Shown here one piece after another: positions 1 through 8,694 of a DNA stretch of 64,000 nt. The notes beneath the pieces are model-generated. The model did not search any database, had not been told where the DNA came from, and saw only the letters and a program-made list of their open reading frames with translations. The first letter of the stretch is position 1. Every line of letters starts with the position of its first letter. Both the position numbers and the translations under genes were made by a program. Source of the DNA: Minisyncoccota bacterium (GTDB lineage Bacteria > Patescibacteriota > Minisyncoccia > Phycocordibacterales > CAIZLB01); the NCBI GenBank assembly GCA_021734945.1, contig JAIPIA010000003.1, forward strand, positions 28,895-92,894, read 5' to 3'.

Positions 1-155
1 TCGAGAGTCTGTCCTGCTCCAAAAAAATTGGCCAACATTCTATCTCGAACCAACGCCAACAACTGTGACATCAAAGTGAATGCACCCAAAAGAAAAGCTG
101 CTTGGTGTACCCCAGCAATTTCTTTGTGGAAAATACTTAATATTCTATTTACCAT
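1..155 (-). CDS. murJ: Lipid II flippase MurJ, N-terminal fragment. The gene continues beyond the window start.
   Basis: Minus-strand translation from the ATG at 153-155 gives MVNRILSIFHKEIAGVHQAAFLLGAFTLMSQLLALVRDRMLANFFGAGQTLD. This matches the conserved MurJ/MviN N-terminus (S-R-x-L-G-F-x-R-D ... F-G-A-G ... D-A). Confidence 0.6.
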   Translation of the reverse strand, partial: MVNRILSIFHKEIAGVHQAAFLLGAFTLMSQLLALVRDRMLANFFGAGQTL

Positions 156-157
156 TT

Positions 158-2437
158 TTATCTTTTTGTAGTACCAGTTTTTGTATTAGAAGTTGTTGAA
201 TTTGCCGCGTCTGATTTTGTCGTACTTGCGTTCTCTTCTGGAATAGCAATAGAAGATTTTTGTGTACCTTTATTGACGTCCTGTACTGAGCCAAGAAGAT
301 TTACTGCCTCAGCATAATCAGACTTCAATTCAATAGCTCTCTTCAATTTCACTTCTGCAATATCAAAACCTCGAGCAAGTGCGTATAATCTTCCAATAAG
401 ATATGGAGGAACAGGATTTGTTGGATTTAGTCTCTCTGCCTGTGCATATGATTCAACTGCAAGCGTAGCAGTAGTTGTTGCACCCAAGAATGTTGCAGTC
501 TCATATACCTTACCTAGCTGTAGCCAATCACGATAATCATCTGACATACCCTTGTCAATCGTCGCTCTTCTTGCTGCATTAATAGCAAGAGTTATATCTG
601 AAATAACTTCTTGAGTTAGTTTTTCCTGTGGAACCACACCTTGCGCCTTACCTATAAGATTACTTGGACGTATAAGAGCAACCTCAGCTAGAAATCTCAA
701 GTCACTTGTATTAAAGTACGTATTAATTGAATTTAAAGCAACTGTTTCAGCTTCTGTAATTTTTGTTGGGTCACTTTGAAGCATCTTTGACGCCTGTTGA
801 ATTTGAATAGACGCATACACTCTTTGCTCCCAGATATATCCAATATACATGAGCAACGCTATGAGAATAACCATTCCAAACGTTACTGAAAATCCTTTCC
901 AATACGTTGAAATATCCCACATAACCATTTTAGTTTTGATAATATCTTCTCGTACAAGTGTCGCTAAAAATAGTCCCGTAAATATAAAAGCCATCAAGAT
1001 CATAGTTGGACCTGTCGTATACAAGAGTGAAATTATCCACAAATATACGGTACCCACAGAAACAACCCACGCTCCGAACACAGAAGTAGGATCACTGTCT
1101 GGCCTTGCAACGTTTCTAAGCAATTTGGTTACATAAAAAATAATAAGTGCTAGGAAAAATATCCAACCGAGGCCACCCAGGATTCCAACTGTCACAAAAG
1201 TTGTAGGAATAAAACCTGATGCCATATTGAAATCTACATTCCAAAAGGCTGTATTATTTACAGAATTTTGAATATCAGTTGGTTTATACTTTCCCCAAGC
1301 CGAATAGAAATTATTTGGACCGACACCCAAAACTGCCTCTTTTATCCCGCTCATGTAAGTACCCTTAGCGACTGTATATGTTGCTGAAGGTGATACTCGT
1401 ACATCCAAAATCTCATTTTGAACTATACCTATCTTTTGTGAGACAAAGGCAGATATCGGCATAATACCTATAGTTAAGACGAGCGATACTAACAATACAA
1501 TGAGAGAAGCTGTAGGTAGACTTCCTCTAGGGTTTGTAACTTTTTTATGAATAAAAAGGACAAGAGAAAAAAGTAAGATAAGTGAAGAAAGAGTAATTCC
1601 AAATTGGAAACCTAATACAGAATTCACCAAATTAAAATTTGAACCTGCAATTATCACCAAAGAAAGAGTTATAGCTACGTAAAACAATGACCTCACCCCT
1701 TTCCTAATAGTTGTTAATTCAAGAGCTAAAATTGAAATTAGAACTATTAATCCAGCGTACACTCCGAGTTCATTAAAACTACCAATAGTATTAGAAGATA
1801 TGGAGTTAAATATACCTAAAGACAAGAAACTTTTACCGAATAAAAATCTCAATGTATGGAACAATTCTACGATTGTAGCAACAGAGACTATACCCAATAC
1901 AATCATAAAGATAGAGTGTTTTGATCTAAAAAACTTAGAGATCAAATACATCAGGATTGATCCTAAAAAGAGGAAGAACGCTGTATCTACTTCTGCACCA
2001 TTCCCCATCAGACCTGATCCCGAATGGCTCACAAAAAGAGATGAAATAACATACAATACGGGAATACCGAACAGAAATACATAATGCAATATTGAATATC
2101 TCTCAACCTTGCGTTCATTAAGTATTTGCAATATGAAAGTAATTGCGGCGACAAGTACAGCAGCAGACACTAAGCCGAATTTTGCATAAAAAAAACTAAT
2201 ATTTGTAAATGGAATGACAAATATAGGTAACAATAAAATAGCAATACTAATCACCCAAAACGATACCTTGTCGTACAAACCTCGATTCTTCACACTAGAA
2301 TGTGGAGATACCGGCATAGATTGTGATGAAACCTCTGTATCAGTAGTCTCATGCACAGTAGGAACATCAACTTTATCTATATCAGTGTTTCGACTAGCTG
2401 TTTGAGTTGTTTGATTTGTTTGATTTTTTGGTGCCAT
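158..2437 (-). CDS. Polytopic membrane protein of the O-antigen ligase / Wzy_C type, with a C-terminal TPR region.
   Basis: 759-aa ORF with many predicted TM helices. The C-terminal ~200 aa carry TPR-like repeats (AEVKLKRAIELKSDYAEAVNLLG...). It ends 2 nt upstream of the murJ start. This domain architecture is common in CPR genomes. Confidence 0.55.
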   Translation of the reverse strand: MAPKNQTNQTTQTASRNTDIDKVDVPTVHETTDTEVSSQSMPVSPHSSVKNRGLYDKVSFWVISIAILLLPIFVIPFTNISFFYAKFGLVSAAVLVAAITFILQILNERKVERYSILHYVFLFGIPVLYVISSLFVSHSGSGLMGNGAEVDTAFFLFLGSILMYLISKFFRSKHSIFMIVLGIVSVATIVELFHTLRFLFGKSFLSLGIFNSISSNTIGSFNELGVYAGLIVLISILALELTTIRKGVRSLFYVAITLSLVIIAGSNFNLVNSVLGFQFGITLSSLILLFSLVLFIHKKVTNPRGSLPTASLIVLLVSLVLTIGIMPISAFVSQKIGIVQNEILDVRVSPSATYTVAKGTYMSGIKEAVLGVGPNNFYSAWGKYKPTDIQNSVNNTAFWNVDFNMASGFIPTTFVTVGILGGLGWIFFLALIIFYVTKLLRNVARPDSDPTSVFGAWVVSVGTVYLWIISLLYTTGPTMILMAFIFTGLFLATLVREDIIKTKMVMWDISTYWKGFSVTFGMVILIALLMYIGYIWEQRVYASIQIQQASKMLQSDPTKITEAETVALNSINTYFNTSDLRFLAEVALIRPSNLIGKAQGVVPQEKLTQEVISDITLAINAARRATIDKGMSDDYRDWLQLGKVYETATFLGATTTATLAVESYAQAERLNPTNPVPPYLIGRLYALARGFDIAEVKLKRAIELKSDYAEAVNLLGSVQDVNKGTQKSSIAIPEENASTTKSDAANSTTSNTKTGTTKR

Positions 2438-2518
2438 TTGATTTTGATAAATATTTTACTAGATAATGTACTATTAATATGCTTTATACACAGCGTTATA
2501 ATAAAATTATACCCTTAT

Positions 2519-2547
2519 TTGATTTAAATACAAAATCGTGCTATAAT
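2519..2547 (+). promoter_or_regulatory. Sigma70-type promoter for the RNase P RNA gene.
   Basis: TTGATT at 2519-2524, a 17-nt spacer, then TG-n-TATAAT at 2539-2547. The predicted transcription start is at about 2554-2556, which coincides with the 5' end of the P1 helix. Confidence 0.5.
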
Positions 2548-2555
2548 TATATCGT

Positions 2556-3107
2556 TGTGTTGGATGATTGCTGTACGCTTTTATGAGATGGTTTCCATTT
2601 TAAACTAAGCATACAGAGGAAAGTCCGAACACTCCCTACTATCCATCCGTTCGCGGAAAAATTGTATAGTAGGAGCCAGGTAGTGGGTAATTCCCATCTA
2701 ACGCAAGTTAAGAGGTGCGAGCAGTGACGCAATGTGTCGAAAGACAATTGGGTCCATGTTTCGAGCATGATGTAGCTAACTTAGACAGTGTAAGAGAATC
2801 TCAATATTTTCTATATCTATTTTAGCTATAACCTGCTCGACATATGGATTAATCCACAAATATCCAAATGTGGAGTGAAACGGCAAAATCCTTACTTGAG
2901 TGCAAGGCCGTGCTGAGTACCACTTCTGATTTTTTAAATGACTTAGTAACATAAATCACTAAAGAATCCGGCGTGGTGCTCAGAGTGCCGCTCGAGGTTT
3001 TGAGTAATCAAAATCCCAGATAAATAATTATCGTTTAAATGATGTGGATTTGAAACATAAAACACAACATTCAAATACAGAATTCGGCTTATAGGCACAA
3101 CAACACA
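2556..3107 (+). ncRNA. rnpB: RNase P RNA (bacterial type), carrying large insertions.
   Basis: - The conserved P4 5' strand GAGGAAAGTCCGAACAC is at about 2613-2630.
- The P4 3' strand ACAGAAUUCGGCUUAUAG is at about 3079-3096.
- P1 pairing: TGTGTTG at 2556-2562 pairs with CAACACA at 3101-3107.
- It has its own promoter, and a terminator follows immediately.
- It is about 550 nt long, versus about 350-400 nt typically.
- The ORF 2547..2768 in the ORF track is spurious. Confidence 0.65.
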
Positions 3108-3140
3108 TGAAAAGACCTACCTAACTGGTAGGTCTTTTCT
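3108..3140 (+). terminator. Rho-independent terminator after rnpB.
   Basis: Hairpin AAAGACCTACC-TAAC-TGGTAGGTCTTT followed by TTTTCT. Confidence 0.6.
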
Positions 3141-3200
3141 CATACTTACCCACAACCTCTTTCTATTTATAAAGAAAGTTTACCCTCATAGTGATATAAT

Positions 3201-4334
3201 TTGACGTATATGAGATCATTTATTTTATTATTGAAAAGAATAGGTTTACCAAAAATTGTAGGGACGTTTATAGCGCTCATACTTATTATTATTGCTAGTG
3301 TTTATATATATAATCAGCCAAAAGTACTTGACCCAAATTTACAAAGTAAATTTGACCAAGGGAAATACACTGAAGGTATTCCCGTCCTTGAAAAGTGGTT
3401 GGCTGACAATCCAAATGATGTGAGTGCAAGAGAGACTCTCGCAGCATTTTATTTGCAGAAAGCAAGCAATGAACCGGCCGAAAAGGAGTCTCTGAAAAAA
3501 TCCATGAACCTCTTGGCAAACATCATTAAAATTGATCCACTAAGAGATGAATCTTTCAGACTTCTTGGTGTTGCATATCTAATGAAAGGACTAACTAAAC
3601 CTGCAGCAGACAATTTTGAGAAAGCTGTACGTATAAGTAAAAATTCAAATCTTAATGCTCTCGCTGGATTATCTATGTCGCATGAAGCAGACAAAGATTG
3701 GGAAACTGCTGCAAATGGATATAGGAAGGTGCTTACTTTGGATCCAAAAAATGAAATGTCCAACCTCGGCTTAGCTCGTTACTATATATCTCAAAGTGAT
3801 GAAAATATGGCTATGAATTTTGCATGGAAAGTTGCAAACATCTCATCAAACAATGCATCTCTTGGTGAGGCCTATGAAATCCTTGGTTCTGCGATGAGGC
3901 TTCGTAATCAACCTGAGGTTTCAAAAACATACTATGAAAAGTCTATTTCTTTCCGACCAAACAACGTTCATACCCTTGTATTACTTGGTGAAGCTAGTGT
4001 AAGTGTACTTCCTCTTGTCCAAAAAGAAGATCGACAAATGGCCCTCCAAAAAATTATTGACCTGGCTAACACCACAATTAAACTTGATCCGAACTACATT
4101 CACTCACAAACACTACTTTATAAAGCATTACTTCTACAGAACAAATATGCTGAAGCAAATGCTGTAGGTAAGAAAATTGTTTCACTTCTAAATACTGACA
4201 AAACGCTAACACCAGCAGAAAAAAGTAACTACAAAGATTTCTATAGTGGTGAAATAACAAGCGTGACTATTAATTCTGTAACAAAGGTTGGTACAAATGC
4301 GTCGACTACCCTCCCGATTACACCAAAGAAATAA
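3201..4334 (+). CDS. TPR-repeat protein with an N-terminal TM anchor.
   Basis: The N-terminal hydrophobic segment is IVGTFIALILIIIASVYIY. Multiple TPR-like helix pairs follow (LLGVAYLMKGLTKPAADNFEKAV..., LGLARYYISQSDENMAM...). Confidence 0.6.
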   Translation: MTYMRSFILLLKRIGLPKIVGTFIALILIIIASVYIYNQPKVLDPNLQSKFDQGKYTEGIPVLEKWLADNPNDVSARETLAAFYLQKASNEPAEKESLKKSMNLLANIIKIDPLRDESFRLLGVAYLMKGLTKPAADNFEKAVRISKNSNLNALAGLSMSHEADKDWETAANGYRKVLTLDPKNEMSNLGLARYYISQSDENMAMNFAWKVANISSNNASLGEAYEILGSAMRLRNQPEVSKTYYEKSISFRPNNVHTLVLLGEASVSVLPLVQKEDRQMALQKIIDLANTTIKLDPNYIHSQTLLYKALLLQNKYAEANAVGKKIVSLLNTDKTLTPAEKSNYKDFYSGEITSVTINSVTKVGTNASTTLPITPKK

Positions 4335-4357
4335 TATTCAAAATCATATATACAAAC

Positions 4358-6283
4358 ATGAAAATACATAAAATGTCACAAAAAACAAATATGAGAATTA
4401 AGAGGATATTGTCTTCTTTCGGTCTATTTGCTATCGCTACAGGCTTTATCTTTGCTACACCCAACCCTATTGTAAAAAATGAAATAACCTTAAATGCAAT
4501 ACGGAAGATTGAAGCACAGAACAAGGCATCATTGTTAACTTCACTTGCTAGCCCATCAATTGCTTACGCTCAAGATTATTATGGTGAGGACCCTAGTATG
4601 AATAACCCTGAAGATCCAAGTAACAATGAAGGTCAAAATAATGAACCTCCTGCAGACGTCTGGGGATGTATGGACTCATCAGCATTAAATTTTAACTCAG
4701 ACGCAACATCGGACGATGGTAGCTGTGACTACAGTGCACACTGCTATGACGAAAATGCATTAAACTACCAAGCGAGTGAAGATTGTGTTTATCAACCAGA
4801 AGACGTATATGGATGTACCGACCCTACAGCCCCTAACTATGACTACAGTGCAACGGTAGATAACGGTAGTTGCCAATCATATGGATATATTTGTTGTGAT
4901 GGAAACGCAACAAACTATGCCCCTCAAAATTCTAGAGGCGTCTATGATATTTGTGTACCTGAAACTTGTACTTTTGCCGACCCTATTTGTTGTGATGGAA
5001 ACTGGGACACCTACGTACCTCCCTCAGCGAGAGGTCCAGAGCCTTACACGTGTGACTATGGGCCGACAGCATGTGGATGTACCGATTATCACACAAGTCA
5101 GTGTGATAATACTAATAGCGGGGATGCGTGTAATATAAATATTGTTTTTAGCGTAACAAAATCAGGTGTAGCAATTGCTGGAACAGCAAAGATACAGACT
5201 GTAGTATGTGCTACTGATGCTGAAAATACTTTACGCGGACAAGCAGTTGCTGGAGCAACCCCAGCCACCCCTCTCAATGTTCCACAAACAATTGATTCAT
5301 TCTCATCATATACTGTAACTTCAAAAGATTATTGTCTCAATGTTTCAGGAGTTCAAGGCTCCCCTGCTGGCTATGATAGAAACGCTGAGGGTTTCTGTTG
5401 TGCAAATCCAGATGTTGTCGATACAACAACTGGAAACTCTTGTATAGCGAGCAGTGAAGCAACATGTGGTAGTGCCACAGCTTCTGGACCATATGAAACA
5501 GCTCCTATGAGTGATCTCTGTGCAGTTGGTGTCCCTGGTACAGTCTCAGAATCAGATACTAGTTATTCATGGGAGTGTTCTACAGGTTCATCAAACACAA
5601 GTTGTTCCGCAGGGCGTACATGCAACGGTGGGTCATGTGTTGTTTGTACAGATTATGACTGTGGTACAGATGATATGTGTGTAAACTATCAAGGACCTCA
5701 AGATAATTCTTACCTCTCTAATAACAACCTCTTCTCTGACAGCGCAAGATACTGCTGGAATAGCATAAGTGGAGCTTGTGGTACTTCGTATCCTGGGCCG
5801 GTACCAGTTGATGGTCCTACAACAAATCTTTGTATATCTCCATCAACTGTAAGTTCAGCACCTACGTTCAATACTACTACCCAAAAATGGGAGTGGACAT
5901 GCCAAGACAGTAACAATAACCCTCTTTATACACCAAGTGTGTGTGATGCAAGTCCATGTACAGGTAGCGAGTGTACAACGGCAAGTAACAACCTTATTCA
6001 GACCTTCATAGCTCAACCTAGCATAGTGTCTGCTTCTGACAAATTCTGCAGTCTCTCATGGGTATCAAACATTGATGCAAATCCAGACGCAGATCAGCTT
6101 GACGTTTGTAAACTAAATAATAGTCCTACCTACTATGGGCGAGATATATACGATGATAATCCCACTTCAACAGGATTAGATGTTCCACCAGGATCTTACT
6201 CCCTAACATGCTCAGATAGTAACGGTAGTTCGCAAACAAAATCTGTAAAATGTATTGTTAAGCCAAACTATAAGGAGATTTAA
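4358..6283 (+). CDS. Secreted cysteine-rich repeat protein, a putative surface or adhesin protein.
   Basis: - Signal peptide: ILSSFGLFAIATGFIFATP.
- NY(N/D) repeats: GCMDSSALNFNSDATSDDGSCDY and GCTDPTAPNYDYSATVDNGSCQSY.
- Two CCDGN motifs, each with a vicinal Cys pair.
- Dozens of Cys in a Ser/Thr/Gly-rich context.
- No catalytic motif was recognised. Confidence 0.55.
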   Translation: MKIHKMSQKTNMRIKRILSSFGLFAIATGFIFATPNPIVKNEITLNAIRKIEAQNKASLLTSLASPSIAYAQDYYGEDPSMNNPEDPSNNEGQNNEPPADVWGCMDSSALNFNSDATSDDGSCDYSAHCYDENALNYQASEDCVYQPEDVYGCTDPTAPNYDYSATVDNGSCQSYGYICCDGNATNYAPQNSRGVYDICVPETCTFADPICCDGNWDTYVPPSARGPEPYTCDYGPTACGCTDYHTSQCDNTNSGDACNINIVFSVTKSGVAIAGTAKIQTVVCATDAENTLRGQAVAGATPATPLNVPQTIDSFSSYTVTSKDYCLNVSGVQGSPAGYDRNAEGFCCANPDVVDTTTGNSCIASSEATCGSATASGPYETAPMSDLCAVGVPGTVSESDTSYSWECSTGSSNTSCSAGRTCNGGSCVVCTDYDCGTDDMCVNYQGPQDNSYLSNNNLFSDSARYCWNSISGACGTSYPGPVPVDGPTTNLCISPSTVSSAPTFNTTTQKWEWTCQDSNNNPLYTPSVCDASPCTGSECTTASNNLIQTFIAQPSIVSASDKFCSLSWVSNIDANPDADQLDVCKLNNSPTYYGRDIYDDNPTSTGLDVPPGSYSLTCSDSNGSSQTKSVKCIVKPNYKEI

Positions 6284-6333
6284 GATCCCAGGTAAACAAG
6301 GTGAACTTAATGAGGTAAAATTTAGGGAGTTAA

Positions 6334-6367
6334 TAAAAAACCTACACAGCGATGTGTAGGTTTTTTA
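6334..6367. terminator. Bidirectional rho-independent terminator.
   Basis: AAAAAAA-CCTACACA-GCGA-TGTGTAGG-TTTTTTT. It lies between two convergent genes. Confidence 0.65.
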
Positions 6368-6408
6368 TTAGACCATTTTCACTTATTTGTTTACTATCGG
6401 TTCAATGA

Positions 6409-6936
6409 TTACTCAAAAGTAATCTGTTCACCCAAACTTAGACCTTCTCTCTTTACTGTTCCCTCCTGAAATTCCAACACGTATTGAGAGTCTACTTGAG
6501 GACCAAAGGCTTTAGGATACGTGTCAGGCGCAACATTCTGCTCGATATATATAACCTTCTTATCTTTATCTAACCAAACCATATCAATCGGAAACAACAT
6601 ATCTTTCATCCAAAAAAAGTGCTTAGCTTCATTATCAAAAACAAAAAGCATTACTTCATTAGTGTCTATACCTTGGCGACTGCCTAAACCTTTTTGGCGC
6701 AATTCATCAGTGTTTGCTAAAAGAATTTTATAAGATGAACTCGCTATATTTAGTTTGGATGGATTATTCACCTGAGAATCAACTTGCGATTTTTGTGCAG
6801 TACCGATCTGAACATTTTGCAAACCTAAAGTAGTATTATTTTTTGCCCGTTCATATAGTTTGTACGAGGTAAAAGAAATAAACACAAGAAGGACAAAAAG
6901 TCCTCCATATATGTATTTTCTTTGGATATTCTTCAT
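6409..6936 (-). CDS. DUF192 family protein (COG1430).
   Basis: Matches the DUF192 pattern: MLFVFDN...FWMKDMLFPIDMVWLDKDKKVIYIE...QYVLEFQEGT...GEQITFE. I start it at the MKNIQRKY Met to avoid an 80-nt overlap with the upstream gene. An N-terminal TM anchor is present. Confidence 0.6.
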   Translation of the reverse strand: MKNIQRKYIYGGLFVLLVFISFTSYKLYERAKNNTTLGLQNVQIGTAQKSQVDSQVNNPSKLNIASSSYKILLANTDELRQKGLGSRQGIDTNEVMLFVFDNEAKHFFWMKDMLFPIDMVWLDKDKKVIYIEQNVAPDTYPKAFGPQVDSQYVLEFQEGTVKREGLSLGEQITFE

Positions 6937-6937
6937 A

Positions 6938-7531
6938 CTAAATCTTCTTCGCAATCTTTTCCACCTTCTGGAGGAAGGCTGTTTTTTCGTCTTCAGTTCT
7001 AAACATCTTTCTATCAAATAATTTGAAAGCTTTTACCTTGAGACCACAATACTGGAGAATACCGTGAATCCATATAGTTCGGAAAGGCATTGCAATAAGC
7101 CAATAGAGCCATCGTGGTCCGTCACATGTAATAAACACGGCAGCTGTCTTACCTGTGAGTAGTCCTACAGGTTTGCCATTTATATATCTAAATGCAAAGT
7201 GTGCAGCAAAATTTACATCAATAAAATTCTTCATAATTGCAGGAGGACTCACCCACCACATTGGATGAACAATAACGATATTGTCGGCAGCAGTAATCTT
7301 TGCCTGCATTGCTTCACGAGCAGGATCAGGATTACCCATATCAGCCTTTTCTTCATATCTAAGAAAATCCTGTTTAATATCTGTTTTATAAAGATCAAGA
7401 ATCTCTACTGAAGATGTGTCAGCAATACCAAGAGCAAGGGCTTTAGCTTCTCTACCTTTTTTATATGCTTCGGCAATCTGGTGTGTAAATCCCTTTGAAC
7501 TTGGATGAGCCGTAACGATAAGTGTATTCAT
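6938..7531 (-). CDS. NAD(P)H dehydrogenase (quinone) / flavodoxin-like-fold FMN-dependent reductase.
   Basis: Flavodoxin_2-type sequence: MNTLIVTAHPSSKGFTHQIA...IVIVHPMWWVSPPAIMKNFID. Confidence 0.6.
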   Translation of the reverse strand: MNTLIVTAHPSSKGFTHQIAEAYKKGREAKALALGIADTSSVEILDLYKTDIKQDFLRYEEKADMGNPDPAREAMQAKITAADNIVIVHPMWWVSPPAIMKNFIDVNFAAHFAFRYINGKPVGLLTGKTAAVFITCDGPRWLYWLIAMPFRTIWIHGILQYCGLKVKAFKLFDRKMFRTEDEKTAFLQKVEKIAKKI

Positions 7532-7537
7532 AAAAAA

Positions 7538-8131
7538 TTACTTGAGTGTTTTAAATAACCATACTCCAGCTATACCGCCGAGAATTGGACCAATAATGTA
7601 AGCAAGACCAAATGAACCTATACCAAATGCTACTGCTGGATTGATAACAGCATTTGAACCCAAAGCAGAGGCAAGAGTTGCACCGAGAGTGAGTGAACCA
7701 CCTATAACAAAAGGTGCTTTTGATTCAGCTTTGTGTGAGTCATGAGCAAGAACAATAGATGCTATACCAAAAGTAAAGATAATTGCGCCTACAAATTCAG
7801 CAACCAGAGATGTCCATGAAAAAGCGTAATCAAGAGCAGGCATTTCTGCACTATGGAGTCTTACCAAAATAAGTGCAAGAGCGGCACCTGCAAACTGAGC
7901 GATAATATAAAATACGGCCTCTTTCCAGTGAATCTTTTTAATAGAAAGTAGACCTAGAGTAACAGCAGGGTTTATGTGTGAACCACTAATTGATCCAATA
8001 GTAGCTACGAATAATCCTAATGTAATACCAACTGTAAGTAATGTTACAAATCCTGAACCGTTTATAATAGAGCCTACAACTGCTAATGTTAGTACCGCTG
8101 TTCCAATAAATTCTGCAATGTATTTTTTCAT
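7538..8131 (-). CDS. Aquaporin / MIP-family channel.
   Basis: Two NPA boxes are present, HINPAVT and INPAVAFG. The protein has six predicted TM segments and is short at 197 aa. Confidence 0.8.
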   Translation of the reverse strand: MKKYIAEFIGTAVLTLAVVGSIINGSGFVTLLTVGITLGLFVATIGSISGSHINPAVTLGLLSIKKIHWKEAVFYIIAQFAGAALALILVRLHSAEMPALDYAFSWTSLVAEFVGAIIFTFGIASIVLAHDSHKAESKAPFVIGGSLTLGATLASALGSNAVINPAVAFGIGSFGLAYIIGPILGGIAGVWLFKTLK

Positions 8132-8204
8132 ATGAGATTATTATAGCATTTGAAAAAATAGTCGCCAAACGAGCAAAGTACACTAGGGTTGTGTGACTAA
8201 TTTA

Positions 8205-8675
8205 CTATTTTAATTCTAGATTAAGCAGGACTGCTTTGAGCTCTGAACCAAACGAATAATTACCTACTGATATCTTTTCTAAACTATTTTGTGTTGCATT
8301 TTTTATGAGCTTTGATACTGAACTCTTCGGAAGAACTCTGTGACATGGAATAACTATACAAAGTGGATTTGAACCTACAGCACTGGCAACTGCTCGAACA
8401 GCTTTTGGTTTCCCTACTCTTTTTGCTAAATCTTCGTACGAAATCACTTTTCCATATGGGACATTCAAGAGTTCTCTCCAAACGGACTTTTGTAAATCTG
8501 TACCAACAAGTTCACGCAGATCACTATGTAAGCCTATTTCAGACAAGCTAAATTTCTTTCTTTTCCCTTCTATATATTCAGCAAATTGTCTCTCCAGGTT
8601 TTTTAGACTTTCCAGGTTCGCTAGATTCGCTAGATTCGCTAGATTTTTGGGTGTTTTTTTATGAGACTTTTGCAT
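8205..8675 (-). CDS. ogt: Methylated-DNA--protein-cysteine methyltransferase. The start is uncertain. The ORF track extends it to 8750.
   Basis: - The active-site motif PCHRV is present (LCIVIPCHRVLPKS).
- The upstream helix region is VWRELLNVPYGKVISYEDLA.
- The N-terminus carries an in-frame ANLANLANL repeat.
- The longer start at 8750 would overlap the divergent ung gene. Confidence 0.75.
   Translation of the reverse strand: MQKSHKKTPKNLANLANLANLESLKNLERQFAEYIEGKRKKFSLSEIGLHSDLRELVGTDLQKSVWRELLNVPYGKVISYEDLAKRVGKPKAVRAVASAVGSNPLCIVIPCHRVLPKSSVSKLIKNATQNSLEKISVGNYSFGSELKAVLLNLELK
8617..8646. repeat. 9-bp tandem repeat (TTCGCTAGA, about 3.3 copies) inside the ogt N-terminal coding region.
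   Basis: The direct tandem copies at 8617-8643 encode ANLANLANL on the minus strand. The in-frame repeat is a candidate for length polymorphism. Confidence 0.7.
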
Positions 8676-8694
8676 GATATATTTAATATACCAT

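Noticed and set aside
2547-2768. 73-aa minus-strand ORF.
   Set aside because: It lies entirely inside the RNase P RNA gene, over the conserved P4 and GGAAAGUCCG region. It is a spurious ORF on GC-richer structured RNA.
8609-8646. Short direct repeats considered as a CRISPR array.
   Set aside because: The 9-bp units have no spacers, are in-frame within ogt, and cas genes are absent. It is a microsatellite, not CRISPR.
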